Shown here piece by piece: positions 50,716 through 59,225 of a stretch of 64,000 nucleotides of DNA (position 1 is its first letter; the number at the start of each line of letters is the position of its first letter). Source of the stretch: Anaerohalosphaeraceae bacterium (GTDB lineage Bacteria > Planctomycetota > Phycisphaerae > Sedimentisphaerales > Anaerohalosphaeraceae); contig CAXXSL010000011.1 of NCBI GenBank assembly GCA_963675525.2, positions 160,001 to 224,000 on the forward strand. Reading direction: 5' to 3'. Below the pieces are notes generated by a model, which had not been told where the DNA came from, ran no database searches, and saw nothing but the letters and a program-made list of their open reading frames with translations. The position numbers and the translations under genes were made by a program.

Positions 50716-53118
50716 ATGAATGTACATATTAGCAATCAAAGCAGAGCAGAGCTGTTTGCGGAACAATCACTCGGTATCGAAACTGCGAAGATCAAAGATG
50801 CCTTACGCAACCGGACGATTGTAATCGGTGTTTCAGGGGATTTGGCAAAAACACGTCTTGGACAGATCGGCCTTATCACCGCTGTAAACATATTAACACG
50901 TTTAGGATCGCTTGCTCCGAAAATCTATCTGGATGTTCCCGAGGACACAAAAGCATTGCCGTTTATTCCACTTCTTGTAGAAGGCCAATCTGTTTCATTA
51001 CAGATAATAAATTTTATGCGGGCCATTGCGGGTCTTCAAAAAGAAGACATTGTCAGAGACAATTCAGATAAACTTAAGATCTATGATCTTGGATTATTTA
51101 TAGGTCGGCAGACAGCGAAAGCTACCCAGGCGGTTACCATTGGAGCCGATAATTGGCTGGCCTTTGTCAATCCGACAGGCAGGCACGAGAAAATCACTCA
51201 CTCGGCAAATCCTTTAGGAATGATATTTTCCGCGGCACTTGGCGCGACAGAAATCGTTAAGCATTTATGGCTGCCGATTAAGGATTCGGATATTGAGATT
51301 GAACCTCTTAAAAAACGAACCATTGTTTCATGCTATGATTTTTCAATTGACAAACACAAAGCTGAAAACCCTGCCTTTCCCGAAAAATATCGCCTGGGGC
51401 ACGCATGTATTGTTGGACTTGGAGCCATTGGCAGTGCATGTAACTATATTCTTGGATGTTTTGATAATCCCGAGCTTTCCCTGGATTATATCGACTCAGA
51501 TAAAATTGAACCCAGCAATGAAGAGCGGTTGTTCACGAGTTCTCAGCCTGTAAAAGACATCAATAAACTCAAGGTAATTCACGCCCAACAATTTATGAAA
51601 GCGATGAATCAAAAAGCACACACCTTTCCCTATGGTATGCCGCTTGAACGCTTTGTTGAACTGTCACGTGACCGCCTTGGTTACATTTTTTGCTGCCTGG
51701 ACAATGGAGCTGTTCGTCGAAGATTACAAACAGAATTGGGCAGTGTTATTGCCAATGGCGGAACTGATATGTCGCGATGGATGGTTTCCATACATGAATA
51801 CGCTCGTCCGGAAAATGCCTGTTTATTTGATTTGTATAAAGATCGGAACGAAGATCAACCTGACATTGTACACCAGTTGGCGGACAGGCTGAAAATTAGT
51901 GTTAATGAGCTATTGCAGTTGCAACGAATAGGTAATCGCAGAATTGATGGTTCAGTCATCATCAAAGCGATCCAACAAGAGCCGGACCCGGTCAAGAAAA
52001 AGATGATTTCCCGTTATGCAGGTCTTACGTACGAACTAGCATTGGCTCAGGTTTGCACACAAGGTTCCCCCAATAAGGCATTGCCTGCCGCAACGATAAG
52101 TTTTGTTTCTCTTATTCCGTCCGTACTGATGGTTGCGGATTTTGTTAAACGCCGCATTTATGGATGGAATCTTCCCAAAAATTCACCAAATGTGATTCAG
52201 GCGGACAGTTTTCGCCAAGTCGATAAAGCGACTGCAATTAACGTTCTGGCTTCAGATAAATGCTTTTGTCAATCAGAAAAGTACGTTCAGGCCTTTGAGA
52301 AACGTCAGAAGATACGGAATCCTCATTTAAATAAAACTTTCCTGGAACCTGCCGGCCAGATAAACGTTCCACGTTGTCCGCCTGTACGTCCCAGACCATA
52401 CATCAGGCCACGTCCTGTGGTGCCCCGTCCGCAGGTCCCCAACCACCCACAAGCCGGAAAACCTCTTCAGGTTCCCCTGCCGCCGCCTGTTCAGCCTGTG
52501 GCTCCAAAGCAACCAACTGAAGTTCCCTGCTTCCCATCTCCTCAAACCTGTTGTTTTGCGTTCTTTATTTATCTATCGGGCATGATTGGCTCATTAGTTC
52601 TCATAAGCCTGTATGTAAAATACCAAATTCAGGCCGATCATCTGCCCATACCATGGAAAATAATTATGTTCGGTTGGGAAGCAGGCATAACAATTGAAGG
52701 ATGGTTAAAATATTCCGTAGTCTCTAGTATACCTGCGATATCATATTACTTCTTTATGAAACTTGCGATCTATTTAATGAAAAGTAAAAAGGGAAAGATG
52801 ACTCTTCAGAATGGAACACAAGAAACGTATGAAATCGGAACCCGGTGGGCCAGTAAGTTTTTGGCGATATTATTCCAAATTACAGGACTGCCATTTATAT
52901 ATTTTTCAGTTATGGCATTTGGAGCGACCAATATCCGGGCACTTTTAAAAAGCTGTATATTTTTGTCAGACATGACCTGCTGTGCAGTGGTTCCCCTATC
53001 TCTATTTTTTTTCTCTTTTGTTATTTTCATTTTTTCAGCAATTGGATTGATTCAAATAGGAGAAACGACTCAAAAAAGATGCGACGGGATCTTTAATCTT
53101 CCAACAAGAAAAAAGTGA
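50716..53118 (+). CDS. E1/ThiF-family activating enzyme (inactive plus active adenylation domains) fused to a Pro-rich linker and about 4 TM helices
   Basis: NPLGMIFSAALGATEIVK; IVGLGAIGS, IDSDKIEPSNEER, CCLDNGAVRRRLQ, ACLFDLY, QVCTQG, ISFVS, CFC; then a Pro/Arg-rich stretch and four hydrophobic segments. Confidence 0.88.
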   Translation: MNVHISNQSRAELFAEQSLGIETAKIKDALRNRTIVIGVSGDLAKTRLGQIGLITAVNILTRLGSLAPKIYLDVPEDTKALPFIPLLVEGQSVSLQIINFMRAIAGLQKEDIVRDNSDKLKIYDLGLFIGRQTAKATQAVTIGADNWLAFVNPTGRHEKITHSANPLGMIFSAALGATEIVKHLWLPIKDSDIEIEPLKKRTIVSCYDFSIDKHKAENPAFPEKYRLGHACIVGLGAIGSACNYILGCFDNPELSLDYIDSDKIEPSNEERLFTSSQPVKDINKLKVIHAQQFMKAMNQKAHTFPYGMPLERFVELSRDRLGYIFCCLDNGAVRRRLQTELGSVIANGGTDMSRWMVSIHEYARPENACLFDLYKDRNEDQPDIVHQLADRLKISVNELLQLQRIGNRRIDGSVIIKAIQQEPDPVKKKMISRYAGLTYELALAQVCTQGSPNKALPAATISFVSLIPSVLMVADFVKRRIYGWNLPKNSPNVIQADSFRQVDKATAINVLASDKCFCQSEKYVQAFEKRQKIRNPHLNKTFLEPAGQINVPRCPPVRPRPYIRPRPVVPRPQVPNHPQAGKPLQVPLPPPVQPVAPKQPTEVPCFPSPQTCCFAFFIYLSGMIGSLVLISLYVKYQIQADHLPIPWKIIMFGWEAGITIEGWLKYSVVSSIPAISYYFFMKLAIYLMKSKKGKMTLQNGTQETYEIGTRWASKFLAILFQITGLPFIYFSVMAFGATNIRALLKSCIFLSDMTCCAVVPLSLFFFSFVIFIFSAIGLIQIGETTQKRCDGIFNLPTRKK

Positions 53119-53486
53119 CAAGACAGGCAAAAACTTGGTCGAGTAGACGTAATATGGACCTTTTGCGTAGACTTACTTTGTATTCCCTGTTGCTCCCCTC
53201 TTTCGATTGGGGAGTGTCACAGTATTTTGACATACAAAAGGCTGACCTCCAGCAAGACTGCGGGAACATGAACAATGTGAAATTCGCATAAACTGTGGAT
53301 CAGGAATGGGGAGCAGGGCATAAGTCGTATAGCGCCTGACATAGCGCGCATGCCGCATTACCCCGCATTTATACGCGCATGGATGCACCATCAAATAAAT
53401 AGTACTGGGTGGGGAACTTTCCGACAAGTGACTTGAAACACTCAATTTAAGGCTGAAAATCAAGCTTTTCTCCACAACTACAAAAT

Positions 53487-53557
53487 AGCGGGCGATCGGA
53501 ATCGAACCGACATGACTAGCTTGGAAGGCTAGGGCTTTACCATTAAGCTACGCCCGC
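53487..53557 (-). tRNA. tRNA-Gly(TCC)
   Basis: GCGGGCGTAGCTTAATGGTAAAGCCCTAGCCTTCCAAGCTAGTCATGTCGGTTCGATTCCGATCGCCCGCT folds as a canonical cloverleaf. Confidence 0.95.
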
Positions 53558-53655
53558 ATCATCCATTAATGCGAATGAGGGGTGATTATACAGACCGGAA
53601 CCGCTACTGACAAGGGCTTATTGAAAAAATTCCTAACCGATTATATTATATCGGG

Positions 53656-54450
53656 TTAGAATCTGCGTACGGCAACCAGAATAACGCCGGCCATCATAAA
53701 CAGGATTGCCGAATCAGGCTCGGGCACTGCCGTTGCATACAACGATGAAATCGCTGCGACATCAAACTCCGACAACGTGGTATCCTCATTCCACCAACTT
53801 GAATACCCATACATCGTCAGCCCTTTGTTGCCGCTGCCCATCCATTCCTGCCAGCCGGACTGTCCGGGATCATACAGGTCGTTGAGACCGTAGATGTGCC
53901 CGGCTTCATGCAGGGCAATATGTTCGACGTAAAAACCGCCGGACTGCAAACCATCGCTATCCGTCCGCCAGTCAAAGTTGATATCGTTAAAATACATATC
54001 ACGTTCTAAAACGGTTCCGGAAACGGGCGAATACCACGTCATAACAACCGCAATGGCATTATGTGAAAGCCCCAGCATATCGGTCCACGGATCCTCGTAA
54101 CCGTAACCGGAATCGATCCAGGAAATATCATTCGTACCGTTAATGCTACCGGGAGTAAATCCGGCTGTGCCGATAACTTCTGAGACACGGAGATCCGCAC
54201 TGGGCAGGTTCACCCATGTTTCGAACGCATTTCGGACCGCTTCAAAATCGCTGCCATCCGAAATATCGCTTGCGCCGTTGACGAATCGGAAGGTATAGTC
54301 GTTTCGAGGGTTATAATCACTTCCTGTCATTCGGTCGACATTGTTCAGCGAAATTGATTCGGTTTGCATTACCACCTCTTCCAGCTGCGCCGCAGCGGTC
54401 TGTACCAAAATGGCCGTAATGATCACCAATCCCATCTTATTAATGCTCAT
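53656..54450 (-). CDS. PEP-CTERM sorted matrixin-like (metzincin) metalloprotease
   Basis: Signal peptide; AFETW; HEAGHIYGLNDL; Met-turn TMYGY; VPEPDSAILFMMAGVILVAVRRF. Confidence 0.88.
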   Translation of the reverse strand: MSINKMGLVIITAILVQTAAAQLEEVVMQTESISLNNVDRMTGSDYNPRNDYTFRFVNGASDISDGSDFEAVRNAFETWVNLPSADLRVSEVIGTAGFTPGSINGTNDISWIDSGYGYEDPWTDMLGLSHNAIAVVMTWYSPVSGTVLERDMYFNDINFDWRTDSDGLQSGGFYVEHIALHEAGHIYGLNDLYDPGQSGWQEWMGSGNKGLTMYGYSSWWNEDTTLSEFDVAAISSLYATAVPEPDSAILFMMAGVILVAVRRF

Positions 54451-54672
54451 AATTATCTCCGATAATCGTTTAATTCGCTAATAAATCGTCTCCAATCGCC
54501 CTTTGCTTAACTTCAAGGGCGTAAAAGTCCTGAAAAGTTGAGATTTATCCCCCTTTTGAGCCGTTTTTTTTTGCGATATATCTTAGATAATTGATTTTAC
54601 CGGGCATTTCCGCTATAGTTGGCCCGATTGTATTGTGTCAAATGAACTCCAAATACAACGGGAGAAGAGAAA

Positions 54673-55971
54673 ATGTCTATATCCGAAATCGCCGCGTTGG
54701 CTCGTCAAGCTTCAACCCGACTGGCCGCGGCTAAAGCTGAACAGAAAAACAGGGCTTTGGAAGCGGTATGTACTGCGCTTCAGGAAAATGCCCCGGCGAT
54801 TATTGCCGCTAATGAGGAGGATCTCATTAAGGCAGAAAAAGATCTGTTGGCCGCACCCCTGCTAAAACGCCTTAAATTTGACCGGGACAAGATCAACGGT
54901 GTCTGCGAGGGTATCAAAAGCCTGATCGCAATTGACGACCCCGTCGGCCAAACACTGGCGGCAATAGAACTGGACGAAGGACTGGAACTCTATAAAGTCA
55001 CCTGCCCTATCGGCGTCATTGGCGTCATCTTTGAATCGCGCCCCGATGCGCTGGTTCAGATATCGACACTCTGTTTAAAAAGCGGCAATGCGGTCCTGCT
55101 CAAAGGCGGCTCGGAAGCCGTCAATACGAACCGTATTTTAGCAGATGTGATTACGAAAGCGGCCGAGGCCGCCGGATTGCCCGACGGTTGGCTGGGATTG
55201 CTTGAAACGCGGGCCGATGTGGCTGAGATGCTCAAGCTGGATGACTCCATCGACCTGATCATTCCCCGCGGCAGCAACGAATTCGTCAAGCATATTATGA
55301 ACAACACCTCAATTCCCGTGCTGGGTCATGCCGACGGCATCTGTCATGTGTACGTTGACGCCGAGGCCGATATGGACATGGCCGTCAACATCACCGTCGA
55401 TTCGAAGTGCCAATACGTCGCGGTATGCAATGCCGCCGAAACACTACTGGTCCACGAGCAAATTGCGGCCGAATTTTTGCCCCGCGTCAAACAGGCACTG
55501 GAAGCCAAGCAGGTTGAAATTCGCGGCTGCGGAAAAACCCGCGCGATCATTGATGTTAAACAAGCAACCGAACAGGACTGGAAAACTGAATACCTCGACT
55601 ACATCCTGTCAGTTCGGGTTGTCGAAAACCTCGATGCGGCTGTCGAACACATCAATACCTACGGTTCCGGACACACCGATGCCATCCTCACACAAAACAA
55701 AAAGACGGCAATGGCTTTCATGGATCTGGTCGATGCCGCGGATGTATTTTGGAACTGCAGCACACGTTTCAGTGACGGCTTCCGCTTCGGCCTCGGCGCC
55801 GAAGTCGGCATCAGCACGAATAAAATCCACGCACGCGGACCGGTCGGGCTGGAAGGTTTGCTGATCTATAAATGGCGGATGATCGGAGCCGGACATACCG
55901 TCGCCGATTTCTCCGGAGCGGCCGGGAAAAAATTTACGCACAAAAAACTGAACAAGGATTGGGTCGGCTAA
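54673..55971 (+). CDS. proA: Gamma-glutamyl phosphate reductase
   Basis: PIGVIGVIFESRP, LKGGSEA, IPRGS, GICHVYVD, CNAAETLLVH, STRFSDGFRFGLGAEVGISTNKIHARGPVGLEGL. Confidence 0.97.
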   Translation: MSISEIAALARQASTRLAAAKAEQKNRALEAVCTALQENAPAIIAANEEDLIKAEKDLLAAPLLKRLKFDRDKINGVCEGIKSLIAIDDPVGQTLAAIELDEGLELYKVTCPIGVIGVIFESRPDALVQISTLCLKSGNAVLLKGGSEAVNTNRILADVITKAAEAAGLPDGWLGLLETRADVAEMLKLDDSIDLIIPRGSNEFVKHIMNNTSIPVLGHADGICHVYVDAEADMDMAVNITVDSKCQYVAVCNAAETLLVHEQIAAEFLPRVKQALEAKQVEIRGCGKTRAIIDVKQATEQDWKTEYLDYILSVRVVENLDAAVEHINTYGSGHTDAILTQNKKTAMAFMDLVDAADVFWNCSTRFSDGFRFGLGAEVGISTNKIHARGPVGLEGLLIYKWRMIGAGHTVADFSGAAGKKFTHKKLNKDWVG

Positions 55972-55972
55972 C

Positions 55973-57091
55973 ATGCGAAATTTTAATAAAGCAAAACGAA
56001 TCGTCATTAAGATCGGGACCAGCACTCTGACCACAAATACCGGCATCAACAGCGACTATCTCCGGTCACTGGCTCAGGAGGTGCTCCGGCTTATCGAAAA
56101 TGACCGCCAGGTTCTGCTCGTTTCAAGCGGCGCTATCGGGATGGGCGCCAAACAACTCCGACTCTCCGGCCCCGTCACGGATACAAAAGTTCGTCAGGCC
56201 TGCGCATCAATCGGACAACCTCTGTTGATGCATGAATATCACAAGGCCTTTTCCGATGTCGGGTTGACCGTCTCGCAGGTGCTGCTGACCGCAGAGATCC
56301 TCAATAAACGAAAACCGTACCTGAACCTGAAAAACGCGATTGAAACACTGCTCAGACTCGGCGTGGTCCCCATCATCAATGAAAACGACTGTGTCGCAAC
56401 CGATGAGATTGGCACCGCCTTTGGCGACAATGACAAACTCAGCGCCTTGGTCGCCAGCAAGATCGATGCGGACCTGCTGATCATGCTTACGGACATTGAT
56501 GCTCTTTACGACAAGGACCCCCGCAAGTACAACGACGCAAAACCTGTTCACGTGGTCAAAGAAATTACCGATGAGCTTGTTAAAGCCGCCGGAAAACGCG
56601 GCAGCACCCACTCCACCGGCGGCATGAAAACCAAACTGAAAGCCGCCGAGATCACCGCAACCGCCGGCTGCAAAATGGTACTGGCCCACGGACAGGAAAC
56701 CAACATCATCAAAAAGATTTTGGATGGTCAGGAAATAGGAACGCTGTTTTTGCCGAAGGAATGCAAGTTGAGCAACCGGTCTCGCTGGATCCTGCACAGC
56801 AAACCCGAAGGCACCATTACCATTGACGACGGCGCGATGGACGCTATCGCCCGTCATAAAAGTCTCCTGCCCAGCGGCATTACGCAGATCGAGGGGTCTT
56901 TTCCCATCGGTGCGGTGGTCATGATCAACAACGCCGCTAAAGCCGTAACCAGCCTCAGTTCCGATGAACTGAAAAAGGTTGCCGGCCAACACAGCGCCAA
57001 TATCCGCGACCTGCTCGGCTCCGGCAGGCGGGATGTCGTCGCCATCCCCGAAGATATCGTATTTCTCGAAACCGACGAAAAAAAGAATTGA
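55973..57091 (+). CDS. proB: Glutamate 5-kinase with PUA domain
   Basis: VIKIGTSTL, VSSGAI, QACASIGQ, PIINEND, FGDNDKLSA, TGGMKTKLKAA, SLLPSGI. Confidence 0.97.
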   Translation: MRNFNKAKRIVIKIGTSTLTTNTGINSDYLRSLAQEVLRLIENDRQVLLVSSGAIGMGAKQLRLSGPVTDTKVRQACASIGQPLLMHEYHKAFSDVGLTVSQVLLTAEILNKRKPYLNLKNAIETLLRLGVVPIINENDCVATDEIGTAFGDNDKLSALVASKIDADLLIMLTDIDALYDKDPRKYNDAKPVHVVKEITDELVKAAGKRGSTHSTGGMKTKLKAAEITATAGCKMVLAHGQETNIIKKILDGQEIGTLFLPKECKLSNRSRWILHSKPEGTITIDDGAMDAIARHKSLLPSGITQIEGSFPIGAVVMINNAAKAVTSLSSDELKKVAGQHSANIRDLLGSGRRDVVAIPEDIVFLETDEKKN

Positions 57092-57116
57092 CGTAAATCC
57101 TCCGATTTACTATAGT
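57088..57116 (+). promoter_or_regulatory. sigma70 promoter of tRNA-Leu
   Basis: TTGACG-17 nt-TATAGT, 16 nt upstream of the tRNA. Confidence 0.7.
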
Positions 57117-57132
57117 AGGCGTTCTAAATCAG

Positions 57133-57216
57133 GCCGGAGTGGCGGAATTGGCAGACGCGCGGGATTCAAAATCCCGTCTTGGCAACAAGGTGTGGGTTCA
57201 AGTCCCACCTCCGGTA
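57133..57216 (+). tRNA. tRNA-Leu(CAA)
   Basis: GCCGGAG/CTCCGGT acceptor stem, GGCGGAATTGGCAGAC D arm, anticodon CAA, long variable arm, GTTCAAGTC T loop. Confidence 0.95.
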
Positions 57217-57265
57217 CATTATTTTTAACCCCATAAATTTCTCATACAATCATTTCGATACCATC

Positions 57266-58861
57266 TTACCAGCAATATTCCTCCGGTCGGATATTGCATA
57301 TCAGCCACTGCATTGCAATCTCGGCAATATCAGACAAGTCCACTTTACAATCGCCGGTCAGATCCGCGGTCAGGTGGGCGATGCAGGTCGGACTCTGGCT
57401 GGCTTGTGCGGTTTGTCCATAGCGGCCGATGTTGCGCCGATTGCCGTTATAGAGTGGTTCTAAATCGAAGCTGTCGGCAGGATCCGCCGCGTCAATACAT
57501 AAACAGTCAGCAGTGTCCGTGGCGACCCATGTTTCGGACAAAGGATCCCATCGGCCGACACGGGATTGTAAATGGTAATCGCCGGCAACCCATTGACCGG
57601 CATTATCATAACCAGTACTTGCGAAAAGTGACGGCTCAAGAATATTGCCCCCCAGGTCCGTTACGATCGAACCGACACTGTGGATTCTGGCCGGATCGAT
57701 ATTGCAATAACCGTATTCAAAAGCGGTATTCAATGCCGCATACACCTCGCTGTAGCTGATATTACCGGCGGTGTTGTCCCGGATGATGGAATTTTTTGCT
57801 GTTGTAGTGGGCATGATAGGTCGTGACCGAAACATTGCCATCGCTGCTCCGGAATTTGAAGCAGTATTATAGACAAAGGTACAGTTGTCGATAGTTGTAT
57901 TCGTATCAACCTGGCGGAATCCACCCCCGACGCCATTGTTGGCAACATTATGTTCGAAAAGAACATTTGTAAGAGAAACCTCGCTGTATTCAATATTCAT
58001 CCCGCCGCCGCTGGTGTCAGCACTGTTGTCAATGATATCGGTATCTGTAATCGTCATGGCCGGTCCTGTTACGACCTGTAGGGTATAAATGCCCCCTCCG
58101 TCACAGCCATGCACAGGGTCAGTGGCCTGATTGCCAATGATATGCGACCCGTTGATTCTGACAAAACTGTTGTTGCTGAAAATGCCGCCGCCGTCGCCGG
58201 CACAGGTATTATTCTCTATCGTACAGTTATCAAACAGTGGTCCGTCAGCTGAGCAGCTCAACAAATAGATACCGCCGCCGCGTTCTGTGCTAACACCGGT
58301 TTTCGAGGCCGTATTGTGTTCGATGGTACAGTTTTCGATGATTGGATTACAGGCGTTGATAAGCATCCCTCCGCCGAGATAGTCCGCATGATTCTGAGTA
58401 AAAACACAGTTGCGAATGGTACAGTCAGAAGAGGAAATATAAGCTCCGCCGCCACCGAGACTATTATCGTTGTACCCGCCGGTAATCGTAAAGCCGTCAA
58501 TCACAAGGTCCGCAGATTCGCTTACCAAATTCAATACCCGCGAATTGCTTTCCGCATCGACGATACAGTTATCCGGTCCATTTTCGGACATCAGCGTGAT
58601 CGCCTTGCCGCCGCAACTGATGTCACGATTGAGTGTGCCGGCATAAATGCCATCACGAACAAGCACGATGTCCGTATCAACCGCCGCATCAATGCCCGCC
58701 CTGATGGTTTTTTTGGGAAGCGAGATCGTTCCCGGGTTTTTGTCAGCGCCCAGCGCGTCATCGACATAAATCGTCGTAGCCGGACAAAAACCAGCTAACA
58801 CTATAAAACATGTGAATACAAAGATGATATGCTTCATTTCAAACCTCCCTAGAGAATTCAC
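57266..58861 (-). CDS. Secreted right-handed parallel beta-helix protein with C-terminal dockerin-like motif
   Basis: TIYVDD, TIRAGIDAA, repeated NxA..GGG motifs, GDYHLQS..GRW, CIDAADP, ADLTGDCKVDLSDI..QWL. Start probably MKHII near 58837. Confidence 0.85.
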   Translation of the reverse strand: MNSLGRFEMKHIIFVFTCFIVLAGFCPATTIYVDDALGADKNPGTISLPKKTIRAGIDAAVDTDIVLVRDGIYAGTLNRDISCGGKAITLMSENGPDNCIVDAESNSRVLNLVSESADLVIDGFTITGGYNDNSLGGGGAYISSSDCTIRNCVFTQNHADYLGGGMLINACNPIIENCTIEHNTASKTGVSTERGGGIYLLSCSADGPLFDNCTIENNTCAGDGGGIFSNNSFVRINGSHIIGNQATDPVHGCDGGGIYTLQVVTGPAMTITDTDIIDNSADTSGGGMNIEYSEVSLTNVLFEHNVANNGVGGGFRQVDTNTTIDNCTFVYNTASNSGAAMAMFRSRPIMPTTTAKNSIIRDNTAGNISYSEVYAALNTAFEYGYCNIDPARIHSVGSIVTDLGGNILEPSLFASTGYDNAGQWVAGDYHLQSRVGRWDPLSETWVATDTADCLCIDAADPADSFDLEPLYNGNRRNIGRYGQTAQASQSPTCIAHLTADLTGDCKVDLSDIAEIAMQWLICNIRPEEYCW

Positions 58862-58946
58862 GAAGAATCTATAATACGATATGTTTTATATCGGAAAATA
58901 GCATCAAAAACAATAAGTGAAAATCCACGTTGCTCAATCGCGCAGC

Positions 58947-58977
58947 AAAAAAACCGAACTCGCTGAGCGAATCCGAC
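58947..58977 (-). terminator. Intrinsic terminator-like hairpin
   Basis: Minus strand TCGGATTCGC-TCA-GCGAGTTCGG followed by a T run. Confidence 0.55.
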
Positions 58978-59082
58978 GGGTGGCAGCCACCGAATAAAAT
59001 GAGGTGGATGGCCAAAAATCTAAAAAAACACTCCGTACCCAATCATCGATCATCCCGCCATACCAATCACTAAACGCGCAAC

Positions 59083-59115
59083 AAAAAAGCCAGACTCGCT
59101 TAGCGAATCTGGCTT
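59083..59115 (-). terminator. Intrinsic terminator hairpin
   Basis: Minus strand AGCCAGATTCGC-TAA-GCGAGTCTGGCT followed by a T run. Confidence 0.7.
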
Positions 59116-59225
59116 CGGAGGAGGGTGATGAGAAGAAATTTATTCTGATCTTACATTCCGGTTTTGTCCGAACCTAAAATGCAAAATCGTTAGCTTTCAA
59201 TTTATAAAAGATCATTTCCGCTCTC

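Larger units (their letters stand above)
35800..53486. mobile_element. Probable genomic island adjoining the 3' end of tRNA-Gly
   Basis: Visibly AT-richer than the flanks. Bounded by an IS remnant and the tRNA-Gly 3' end, with accessory cargo. No integrase or att repeat was seen. Confidence 0.6.

Noticed and set aside
47690..53118. Canonical Pup-proteasome, CBASS or ThiS/MoaD sulfur-transfer operon
   Set aside because: No PafA/Dop/20S genes, no CD-NTase and no thiamine/molybdopterin genes; the E2-like gene points to protein conjugation.
53173..53475. Small ORF beside tRNA-Gly as an integrase remnant
   Set aside because: No convincing tyrosine- or serine-recombinase motif.
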